DNA from: Mytilus edulis
Lineage: Eukaryota
Length of the DNA: 64,000 bases
Assembly (NCBI RefSeq): GCF_963676685.1
Contig: NC_092345.1
Span: forward strand, 104,718,001 to 104,782,000
Direction: 5' to 3'
Shown here: in pieces, positions 14,401 to 24,900 of the stretch
Layout of the letters: each line of letters opens with the position of its first letter
Numbering within the stretch: the first letter of the stretch is position 1
Notes under the pieces: generated by a model
The model's input: only the letters and a program-made list of their open reading frames with translations
Told to the model about the DNA's origin: nothing
Database searches by the model: none
Program-made: the position numbers and the translations under genes

Positions 14401-17400
14401 CATAAAAATTCTAGTGGACACGTTAAATTACATGACATTCTTCCTGATTTGACCAAGAGAAGTACTAGTAATACATTACTTTATGACATTCTTCCTGATT
14501 TGACCAAGAGAAGTACTAGTTATACATTACTTTATGACATTCTTCCTGATTTGACCAAGAGAAGTACTAGTAATACATTACTTTATGACATTCTTCCTGA
14601 TTTGACCAAGAGAAGTACTAGTTATACATTCCTTTCTGACATTCTTCCTGATTTGACCAAGAGAAGTACTAGTAATACATTACTTTATGACATTTTTCTT
14701 GATTTGACCAAGAGAAGTACTAGTAATACATTACTTTATGACATTCTTCCTGATTTGACCAAGAGAAGTACTAGTTATACATTCCTTTCTGACATTCTTC
14801 CTGATTTGACCAAGAGAAGTACTAGTTATACATTACTTTATGACATTCTTACTGATTTGACCAAGAGAAGTACTAGTTATACATTACTTTATGACATTCT
14901 TCCTGATTTGACCTTATCATATAATGAAATCGATCAGACTGATATATCGTACATTAAAACTTTCTTCAGCATTTGTAAAATTTAAAATCAAGTTTGTATG
15001 GTGCCAAGTCGACAACGTTAAATCTGATATTATATGAAGGAGAGTAGTAAAATACGCCAACGAAACAGCAAACTACAATCACCGAATTAAAAAATAAATA
15101 AAATTGAGAATGGAAATGGGGAATGTGTTAAAGAGACAACAACCCGACCATAGAGCAGAATACAGCCAAAGACAATCAATGAGTCTTCAATACAGCGAGA
15201 AACCCCGGAGAATAGGTAGGGAAAAAAAAGACTTTTAGAGGTCGAAACAGTATTTAACAATGACAAGTGTGTGGCACATCAGAAGCAGCACTCTAAATTG
15301 AACCGAGACACAGTATTCAACAATGACAAGTGTGTGGCACATCAGAAGCAGCACTCTAAATTGAACCGAGACACATTATTCAACAATGACAAGTGTGGGG
15401 CACATCAGAAGCAGCACTCTAAATTGAACCGAGATATGTTGTTTATGAAACTATGAAACTAACAAAGACCAATATTCATAAAAAGAAGAACGAAAACACT
15501 ACTTTCTTAGTTCGCTTTTCTCTCGTACCTGCATAGTTCTCTCATAAAGTATTTTTGAGATAACCATTAGATCTGTATCAACATCTGTAATCATATGAAC
15601 ATTTTCTAATCTGTAACTTTCTTCCACAACTTTGCCAGGACCTAAAACATTAATAGCTAGTAAGATTTAATCAATTATATGATTTTACTGATGAAAATAT
15701 TCAGTGATAAGTTCAGAAATTCAGAACTCGACCATATATAGAAGATAGCATGCACATAAAATGTTAAAACAAGAATGTGTCCCTAGTACACGGATGCCCC
15801 ATCCGCATTATCATTTTCTATGTTCAATCGACCGTAAAAATGGGAGGAAATCTCTTATTTGGAATTGAAATTAGAAAGATCATATCATAAGGAACAGGTG
15901 TACTAGGTTTCAAGTTGATTGGACTTCAACTTCATCAAAACTACCTCGACCAAAAACTATAATCTGAAACGGGACCCACGGACGAACAGACGATCAAACG
16001 GACGGACGAACGAACAGACCAGAAAACATAATGCCCATACATTGGACATACAAATAATCTCTGAATATGAATAGAAACCATCATTGTAAATCTAAGACAG
16101 TCACATCATTAATGTAGTAAATGGTATATACATGTATATAAGTATTATGTTGTCTTACATATCTCTCCAAACACTAAAATTCACTATAATTACCAAAAGA
16201 GTCCACTTTAAATCCAAACTGTCTAATATTCCGTATCTGGCTGTCTTTACCATCTATGGGAGGTAATACATGTACACTCTGTTGCATTGCTAGGAATACA
16301 GACAGCCCACCAGTCAACACTATATATAACCTGTTAAAAAAATGTAACTCTTAAACATTAAAACTTTATTTCAGTTTTTATAGGTATGTCGACTTTCAAG
16401 AATAATCGTTCCTTTTTAGTTTAGCTTATAATGTTAAGCTAGAGCATGTCCGAGAAGTTGCAGGCACGTGATGATTGAAATGAATTACTATTTGTATTCC
16501 ATCTATTTCAGTACTCACACCGAAAAATAGTACACAGGGTTGCTGTCTCATTGACGTATACACCGCAGCTCCATTTATTCCTAAAAAGTGCAATAGCTTT
16601 TCGTAGCCCAACAGGCCATGCATTGTTTACCCTAATTGTAACTTAGTACAGCACACGTTCTTTGTAATGATTAGCTCAATAGAAGCAACAGTATAGTAAG
16701 ATCTCTAAATGTCAGTTTTCACACCTTATATAAAAATGAAATTGGTGTGGTATGTAAAAATAAGAAGATGGTGTAAAAATAAGATGATGGATGATTGGCA
16801 ATGAGACAACTCTCCATCAGAGACCAACTGCCATAAAATTTAGCAACTAAATGTCAATATATGCTTTAACAATGACAATAACCCATAGCGCATAGCAAGC
16901 TAGAAATGAAGACGTATGTAGTGTTCTGTAGAACTAGTATAAAATGAGGAGTCAAATGAAGCGTAGTTCATTTTAAGTTTATTTGTTTTAGCCGATTACG
17001 GCATAACTTTGTTGAGTTTTAGAAAAGTAAAAATTGAGAATGGAAACGGGGAATGTGTCAAAGAGACAACAACCCGACAATAAAACAGACAATAGCAGAA
17101 GGTCACCAATAGGTCTTCAATGCAGCGAGAAACTCCCGCACCGGAGGCGTCCTTCAGCTGGCCCCATAACAAATATATATAGTAGTTCAGTGATAATGGA
17201 CGTCATACTTAACTCCAAATTATACACAAGAAACTACAATTAAAAAGCATACAAGACTAACAAATGCCAGAGCTCCTGACTTGGGACAGGCGCAAACATG
17301 CGGCGGGGTTAAACATGTTTTTTTTTTTTTAGATCGCAACCCTCTCCCTATACCACTAGTTGTAGAAAAGTAAACGCATAACAATACGCACAGTAAAATT

Positions 17401-20400
17401 CATTTAAAGAGAAGTCCGAGTCAGATGTCAGAAGAGGTAACGAAAGAAAATAAACAAAATGACAATAATACATAAATAACAACAGACTACTAGCAGTTAC
17501 TGACATGCCAGTTCTTCTTCTTCTTCTTTAGGTTTCAAGCGATCCTTCAATTATTGAAGATTATTCGCCGGGCGTCGACTATAAAATTTATAATTTACAC
17601 TAATTTAGCAACAAAAAATCAAATATAACAAAATCAAAAAATCAACATAACGTATGTACATTTGAAAAAATAAATTGTGATAAAACTATATACATTTGAT
17701 AACAGAATAGTTAGGGATAGAATATGGGGATGAGAGCAGATTCTGAGATCATACTCTTGAATCCCTCTACTGTACTGCATGATACTATTTGTTGTGGCAG
17801 ATGATTCCAATTTATAACTGTTCGAGGATAAAATGAATATTTATAACTGTCTTTAGATGTTTGTATTTGCCTAAATGAGTGTGGATTGCTATGTCTGGTT
17901 CTATTGTCAAGTGGGATCAAAAGATTATGTGTAGGAACTGCAACAATTTCATGAATAATTTTGTAAAAGAAAACAAGTCTGTATCGTAAACGCCTAATTT
18001 CGAGTGGGTACCAATTTAGGTCTGTCATCATTTCAGTAACTGAGCTGGTGTTATGGAAGCGGTTGCATGAGAAGCGTGCTGCTCTTCTCTGAACCTTTTC
18101 AATTTGTAGAGTTTGTTGTTTTTGATGTGGGTCCCAAATTGTTGAGCAGTACTCTAATTTTGGTCGGACAAGAGCTTTATATGCATGAGCTTTAACTTTC
18201 GGTGATGCTATTTTTAGGTTTCTACGAATAAATCCAAGGGACTGGTTTGCTTTTGATGTCATGTTATCTATATGTTTGTCCCATTTTAAATTTGATTGAA
18301 GAGTTAGGCCTAAATATTTTGTAGAGTCAACTTTTTCTAAAGAGTGATTGTGTAATTTATAGGTAAAGTCTAAAGGTTTGCGTTTTTGGGTTACACTGAG
18401 AATGTTGCACTTATCAGGGTGAAAATGCATGAGCCAGTCCTGCTCCCACCTGCCGGCCGCTTCTAAGTCAGACTGTAATTTAAATGTGTCATCTGTTTTT
18501 TTAATTTCCCTATAAATAATGCTGTCATCTGCAAACAATCTTAATGTACTGTGTTCAATATATTCTGCCAAATCATTAATGAAGATTAAAAATAAAATTG
18601 GACCAAGCACTGTGCCTTGAGGTACCCCAGATGTTACAGGAATTTTATTTGATGTTTCACCTTCAAGGACTACTGTTTGTGTTCTGTTTGTTAAGAAATC
18701 TTGAATCCAATAATATGCATTACAATTTATACCATAGAAACCAATTTTATACATGAGGTGGTGGTGTGAAACTTTATCAAATGCTTTTGCAAAATCCATT
18801 ATTATGATGTCTATTTGGATGTTTTTATTATTTGAATTTGCAAGATCTTGAATAAATGATATTAGCTGAGTTTCACAGGAGCGGGAGGATCGAAAACCAT
18901 GTTGTAATTCATATAGTATTTTATTTTTTTCCAGATGTTTCATAATGCTACTAGCTACAACATGTTCTAATAGTTTGCAGCAGATGCAAGTCAATGATAT
19001 TGGGCGATAGTTTATGGGATCGTGTTTGTCGCCTTTTTTAAATGCTGGACATACACTTGCGTGACGCCAGTCATCTGGGATCTTTCCAGAGTTCAGTGAT
19101 GTTTGAAATATGATGGATAAGATGGGAGAGATAGATGATTTACACTCTTTTAAAATTTTACCATGGATATGATCAGGCCCAGCAGCTTTGTTGATGTTGA
19201 TATTATTTAGGAGTTTTTCTATGCCTTGTTTTTGTATCTTAATATCAGGCATCTGTGGATGTTTACTGACGCCCTTGTCTGGTATTGGGTCATCTGTTAC
19301 AGGTGTAAATGCTTTTTCGAACTGTTCATTTAAAATATTAGCTTTTGCTTTCGAGTCAGATGTTAGTGAGCCCTCTTTTCGGAGTGGTGGTATGTTAGAG
19401 CTTTCAGACTTTTGTGTTTTTATGTAACTGAACAGATTTTTTGGGAAGCTCTTTGATATAGTTGTAGGGTTTTCATCAACTGGTATCCCACATATCATAT
19501 TTTCAATATAATTCCAATAAGATGTTCTTTGTTGTTTTTGTATATCATGTTTCAATTTTTTAAGTTGGTCTAGTTTCCCTTTGCCTTTCAATTTGTACTT
19601 TTGATATTTTTTCTTGTACTTTTTCATTTGCCGTCTAATACTGTCTGTTATCCAAGGTAAATTTTTACTATTTCTCATCATTTTCTGTGGTATGTTCTCA
19701 GTGATAGTGTTTTGTAATGAGTTTTTGAATATTAACCAAAGTGTGTTTGTATCTTCACTATCTTTTTTATGTATGATCTTTTGATATATTTTGTCTATAT
19801 CCTCTTTTATTTTTTGCCAATTTGCATTTTTATATTTATATACTTTCCGTGGCTTGGTTTGGCATCTTTTTAGTGATAGTAAACATTCTAAATATACAAT
19901 ATCATGGTCTGCCTCCCCTAGTGGTGGTATGGTTTCAGACCTTCATTAAACTGATTGAAAGATTATGTCTTCATCATATGAAAATCAGGCACAATCCCTC
20001 CCGTTAGGGGTTTAGTATTATACCATAATAAAATATATGAGAAGAACATAACTCGTGGCATGCCAACAACAGGTTTTTGAATAAATGTGTTTAATTCCGA
20101 TGCAAAGACCATATAAGTTGCATCTTTATCCAATTTATACAGACTTGCATACATGTCTTTTTATTTGTCCAGTATCTTACCGATCAGTACAACCTATTGT
20201 ATTCTTTAGGAACTTATTCTTCTTTAATTTTCTGTATTTTGCATGTTTTAAAACATCAATCCATGTATCTGAAAAGATGAGAATTTGTAGAACTTATAGT
20301 GAATGTTGAATTTATTATGCTGTTCAAAAGTATATGCACAACGATCTAAAGATCTGTGCTGATGTAATGGAAATTGGTAAAGTTGATGAAAAGAATATTT

Positions 20401-20768
20401 ATAATGCAGTTAATTGAATTTATAAAATCATAAAACTATTTTGTGGTAAGTATACATCTGATAATATATGCTATGATTAGTCTTGTTTGGTCTTCTTTTT
20501 ACAATATGTATATTGGCTTCCAAACTATTGTCATAAAAGCTATTTAATGACTAAAAACATGCGTCGGTGCATGGATTTTGGCGTTGATGAATATCATTCA
20601 AGTTACAAGATAAATTTACAGCCGCGTTTGTTTACCTGTTGACATCCCGCTAAGAGCAAATATCTTTGGTATCAAATTGGGCAGAATTTCACGAATTTCC
20701 TTTTCACATCGATCTGTTGGTGGTTCACTTATCAATGAAATTATTCTGCGAACTGTTCCAGTATCCAT
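10600..20768 (-). CDS. Cyclic nucleotide-binding domain-containing protein (CNBD2-like), 7 exons, ~527 aa
   Basis: Exons 20768-20636, 20268-20181, 16330-16194, 15641-15529, 13733-13552, 12976-12875, 11428-10600; all GT-AG and phase-consistent (1584 nt). Translation includes ISEPPTDRCEKEIREIL, LYIVLTGGLSV, TDLMVISKILY, HPFFSTW, KIMIQGEPFSGLFFITKG, GEIFGDLELL, giving two tandem CNB folds. Confidence 0.85.
12047..12258 (+). repeat. Dispersed repeat (probable retroelement 3' end)
   Basis: ggagcaggatctgcttacccttccggagcacctgagatcacccc; second copy near 3660-3705. Confidence 0.6.
14432..14913. repeat. 51-bp minisatellite, ~9.5 copies, intronic
   Basis: Unit atgacattcttcctgatttgaccaagagaagtactagt(a/t)atacattacttt. 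Confidence 0.95.
15245..15435. repeat. 57-bp tandem repeat, ~3 copies
   Basis: Unit caacaatgacaagtgtgtggcacatcagaagcagcactctaaattgaaccgagacac... Confidence 0.9.
15768..16055 (-). mobile_element. Short Helentron-type non-autonomous element
   Basis: aacaag-hairpin (gtgtccctagtacac) end and GGAC/GAAC microsatellite near the other end, i.e. HINE layout on the minus strand. Confidence 0.55.
17512..19934 (-). mobile_element. 5'-truncated non-LTR retrotransposon (CR1/L2/Jockey group) with (AAG)n tail
   Basis: RT ORF 17711-19681; upstream remnant PPLGEADHDIV is the end of an APE endonuclease; 3' UTR ends in a stem-loop plus (AAG)6. Confidence 0.9.
17711..19681 (-). CDS. LINE ORF2 reverse transcriptase (N-terminally truncated)
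   Basis: KAAGPD, NYRPISLT, QHGFR, DFAKAFDKV, GVPQGTVLGP, LFADD, KYLG motifs. Confidence 0.92.
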   Translation of the reverse strand: MMRNSKNLPWITDSIRRQMKKYKKKYQKYKLKGKGKLDQLKKLKHDIQKQQRTSYWNYIENMICGIPVDENPTTISKSFPKNLFSYIKTQKSESSNIPPLRKEGSLTSDSKAKANILNEQFEKAFTPVTDDPIPDKGVSKHPQMPDIKIQKQGIEKLLNNININKAAGPDHIHGKILKECKSSISPILSIIFQTSLNSGKIPDDWRHASVCPAFKKGDKHDPINYRPISLTCICCKLLEHVVASSIMKHLEKNKILYELQHGFRSSRSCETQLISFIQDLANSNNKNIQIDIIIMDFAKAFDKVSHHHLMYKIGFYGINCNAYYWIQDFLTNRTQTVVLEGETSNKIPVTSGVPQGTVLGPILFLIFINDLAEYIEHSTLRLFADDSIIYREIKKTDDTFKLQSDLEAAGRWEQDWLMHFHPDKCNILSVTQKRKPLDFTYKLHNHSLEKVDSTKYLGLTLQSNLKWDKHIDNMTSKANQSLGFIRRNLKIASPKVKAHAYKALVRPKLEYCSTIWDPHQKQQTLQIEKVQRRAARFSCNRFHNTSSVTEMMTDLNWYPLEIRRLRYRLVFFYKIIHEIVAVPTHNLLIPLDNRTRHSNPHSFRQIQTSKDSYKYSFYPRTVINWNHLPQQIVSCSTVEGFKSMISESALIPIFYP

Positions 20769-20962
20769 TCTACAGCTAGTCGCTTCCAAACTGTTAGGTA
20801 ACGTACGGCGACACTTTATGACGTTGTTTGTAATATGACGTTTTGAAGTTCTTTGGATCTTTGTAGACACACGCAGAATTTTATGATAAATGATTTGCCC
20901 CCATAATATTTTGTGTATATTTTAGGTGTGTCTGATAATTTATTTGAACAATGCTATGCAAA

Positions 20963-21099
20963 GCAGTGGCGGATCCAGAACTTTTCCTAAAGGGGGGGGG
21001 GGGGGGGGTGCGCTCCAGTCATATAACCAACCAAATTTTCCCCACGAAACACTGAGCAAACCCCCCCCCCCCCCCCCCCCCCCCATGGATCCGCCTATG
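20963..21099. mobile_element. MITE with long G and C homopolymer tracts
   Basis: CAGTGGCGGATCCA ... TGGATCCGCCTATG inverted ends; ctatgcaaagca repeated at both boundaries. Confidence 0.65.
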
Positions 21100-21165
21100 C
21101 AAAGCACTGTTAGTTTAAACATATTGTATATATATAGTGGATTTAGAAACACGTTATTTTAACTT

Positions 21166-21272
21166 ATTAATCCCCTTCCACTTTGCGGGTGCGAGTGCTG
21201 CCTTATAGCGGCATTAACTTACTCTTTTTCGAAATCTACAAGGGTGTCTTTCACGTGCAAGAGATATGGCTC
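21166..21272 (-). mobile_element. SINE fragment (Nin/Deu-domain-like)
   Basis: Minus strand ctcttgcacgtgaaagacacccttgtagatttcgaaaaagagtaag resembles the conserved Nin/Deu SINE core; recognised from memory only. Confidence 0.4.
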
Positions 21273-21789
21273 TTGTACAATTCTATGCAATACATTGTTT
21301 AGCTGTTATATATCAAGCTTAGAAAAGATAAGTTAGACTCAGCGGGTAGAAACCGTGAGCGTTCATCTCAAAATTATTTTTTTACCTTAGTGATAACAGA
21401 GAAATGTAATGCCCTTTACCGCCAAGCGTCAAACGGTCATTTTCGGCTACCGTTAGCGTCAAATTGGTAAAATTTTTAACATATTTAAAAAAAAGGAGTA
21501 TGATGATATCTAAATGGTAAATAGTTTTAGCATAATATATTAACTAAAAATCTGCACAAACTGCACGGTGCACTTACAGTCACCTATATTTCATGAATTT
21601 AAAATGTTAGTTTAGCCTAAACTCCTCCATGGTGACCGTAATAGAAGACATACGATGTTTTGCTTAAACTGATTTTTATTACATGGCCCTTCCAAATATA
21701 TTAAATGTTATCTGAGACTACTATAACGCAGTGTTATAGATAACACAGTGTTATAGTAGTCTCAGATATAATTGTATGTTATTCCTATA

Positions 21790-21965
21790 GCATGATGGAC
21801 AAAGGGAAAGATGGGGATTCAATTCCGGAAAAATATACGTATCCATCTTTGGTTCTAAAATTAACTTTCATTGTTTACTTCCGATATGCAGAACGCACGT
21901 TGAATTTTCCTTAGTTTAAACGTCAGTTCTGATTTTGTGTAGCGAACAGAAACCTTTATGTTGAA
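21790..21965 (+). promoter_or_regulatory. Putative ICE2 promoter/5' UTR in a head-to-head intergenic region
   Basis: ETS-like CCGGAA (~21825) and ACTTCCG (~21877) motifs just upstream of the first ICE2 coding exon; divergent gene start 1.2 kb away. Confidence 0.4.
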
Positions 21966-24900
21966 ATGAGTAAATGTCCCATTTCATGGTAAGTTCAATG
22001 AAGTAGACAATTCTTCCTGTCAGTATTTTTTTAAAGACAATTTAGGGGAAAAAAATAGGAAAATAATATATGTTTTATTTTTATTTATTTTTTAAAATTT
22101 GTTCTCTTGCCCTTTTACACTGAGATGATGAGATTATTACGAATTTAATGTTATTGTCAGTCCTTGTGTCCAATTGGTCCTATTCTTTAGTTATGTAAAG
22201 TTTAAACTACAGACTTCTGCCTGGACTATAAAAATTCTCACAAGACTGGCAGCACTCATCAGAAACTGGGGACTGCTTCTATAACTACATAAATAATTTC
22301 ATAGATACATGTACACTGTGTACATACATAAGGAAAGGTATGAAAGATGTCAACAGTCTATGCTGTATGTTAAAACTGTGTAGTATTCATAATCTGTTAA
22401 TTAATAGGCGATAATATAAACACACTCAGATACAATGTCAAAACACTATAAACTTCATATTTAAAAGATTAATATACAAAAATGTACAGTATTGTGGGAT
22501 TTTATTTCCGTAATTGATTGAATTAAAATTCCTCTAATTCCTATATTGGTGGTTATGATTAAAGACAGATACAGATATTAACTGAGATACAATGTAGATC
22601 TACTTCTGTTGCTGTATATTTATATATATGTAGGACTATAAAGTGCGATGGGGACACTAAAGTATGATGGTCACGCTAAAGTGCGACGGTCTACGTTAAA
22701 GTGCGATGCTTATTTGATTAATAATTTTTACACCAAATGTCCAAGACTTACGATTAATTGATTTAATTTAACCGTTCTTTGTCGGCTGAATCACAATGTT
22801 TATTTTTTCGAGTGCTTGAAGAAGGACTTGTATCCTGCAGTCGACCATTTTACTATATAGATACCAAATAGTATACGCATACTTATCCTGCTTCTATTTG
22901 AAGCGAACGGATACATTCGAATCATTGTTTATGTGGCAGTTTACTTTGTAATCCCCTTTAAAATGCCGTCGATTTTAATGAAAAGTAAGGTCGGTAAACT
23001 AAAATAGAGATACATTTGTACATGTTTTCATGCGTGAACTATAAATTGTCTGCTAAAACATTAGTTCGTAATGTGCATTGTAGGAAAATAAAACATGTAT
23101 TTGTACTCGCTACGAAAAAGGAGAAAGATCGGCGAATATTGCATTTCTCTCGCATGTAGATTAAAACTTAAACAAATAAATGTTGCATATCCCGACAATG
23201 AACCAATTTTGTATTTTTGATTTTCAATAACAAATGTAAGGGAGGTTGTAACATTAGTGTGAACGGCATTCTATACCAATTATCCAAATATTCAATACGC
23301 TCCGAATTGTTAAAAATTTATTTTACATGATTTATAATATTTGCAAAACATAAATTAGCTTTATAACAATTATTGCTTGGTCGGACTTGTTTATTTAGAA
23401 ACAATCACTTCAGTCTACCGGTAAATTGTAAAGCCTATCACATATGTTATACCTTAGCATAATAGCTTTTACAAAAAAACTTTTTTAACCTGGATGTTTT
23501 ATTTCTTCGAATCTTACCCTTTGGACTATCCACTTTAGCGTGACACACCATCGTACTTTAGCGAACAAACAACCATTGCACTTTAGCGTGAGACGCCATC
23601 ATACTTTAGCGTAAACCCAGTGTTCTCCCCAGGCCGTTTTAGCACAGCGCTTTTAAGCGCTATTGCAATTCCCCGCTGTCCTATTGCACTGACCACAGCG
23701 CTATCCCACGCAATTGCGTCGCTATTTTTTTTTCTCGTATTTTTCAATTTTTTTTCAAATTTCCCGCTTATTTTTCATTTCGGATCACGTGATCAACTGG
23801 TTTACGATTTTTGAAAGAATTATTTCCCTTGTATTAAAGTAACTCCGCGGGACCAGTCTAATAAATTTTACTAAATGGCGTTTTTTGAAAGATCAAAATA
23901 ATTAAAGATTTCAACATTGACATCTATTTTTTTTAATTTAAAGAATATATAGAGGCATATATGAATGAAATGAGATGAAATGAATTGACCGCATTTCCCG
24001 ACGTCACTCACAAACTTGTTTTACGAACTTTGAACAAACGAGGATTTAAAAAACGATCAAACACAGGGGTCTGTTATAAATTATTTGCCAGGTTTACTAT
24101 CCATACGAACCCCGAAAATGAGCAAGTCTTTTAAGTATTCATTATCCCCTATTCGAACTTATAATTGTTTAGTCAGAAATTCTACCATTTGATAGCAATT
24201 TGATAGCATATGATTAGAAAAACAAACCCAAGCTGATACGACTTGAGAAATTTTACGGTCTCGATGTCCAGCTTGGATGAGGCCATTTAAATATTATAAA
24301 ACGTTAAGGTCATAAAAATGAGAAATCTTTATGCAAAAAAATGTTAATTCCTGTCAAACGTCGTAAGGTTAACAGTACAATGCTACAGTTGGTTACAAAA
24401 CCAAACACTGAAACAGAAGCTGACAATGACTTTATTGTTGGTCCTTACATGTTCTGCAACATTACCTGATAGTGCTAAGAAATCTTCACACAGGCATGTC
24501 TGGTGTAGACCCATCATGGAAAAAGACTTCTCCAGTTTTATACATAGATAGTATGAGGATTTACATTTAATATATGAATTTACAATGGAGAAAAAAATAC
24601 GCTTCTTCTTTATCCAGACAATAACATTAACAAACAAAGCCTCATTAAGGGGTACACTGTAACTTCCATGAGCATGATGAGGACATCATAACAAGAGGAA
24701 ACATCAACAGCATAATATAATAAAAACACATAACAAAACAAAAAGATTTTAAACATGCTTTGATACTATATATGCCCTTGAATTTTTACTAGATAACATT
24801 TTTGTTCGCTTTGGGGATTCTGTATATCGTCAGATTATCGGAATTCCAATGGGGACTAACTGTGCACCACTTATTGCGGACCTGTTTTTGTATTGTTATG

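Larger units (their letters stand above)
17030..20118 (-). mobile_element. 3' end of the Penelope-like (Naiad-type) element, split by a LINE insertion (pieces 17030-17511 and 19935-20118)
   Basis: The two pieces are the reverse complement of ~25790-26265 and ~25610-25785 and rejoin at ...gcatgccag|..cagac... Confidence 0.85.

Noticed and set aside
14449-14985. 178-aa ORF of 17-aa repeats
   Set aside because: By-product of a 51-bp minisatellite lying antisense in a CNBD intron; no ATG start or splice support.
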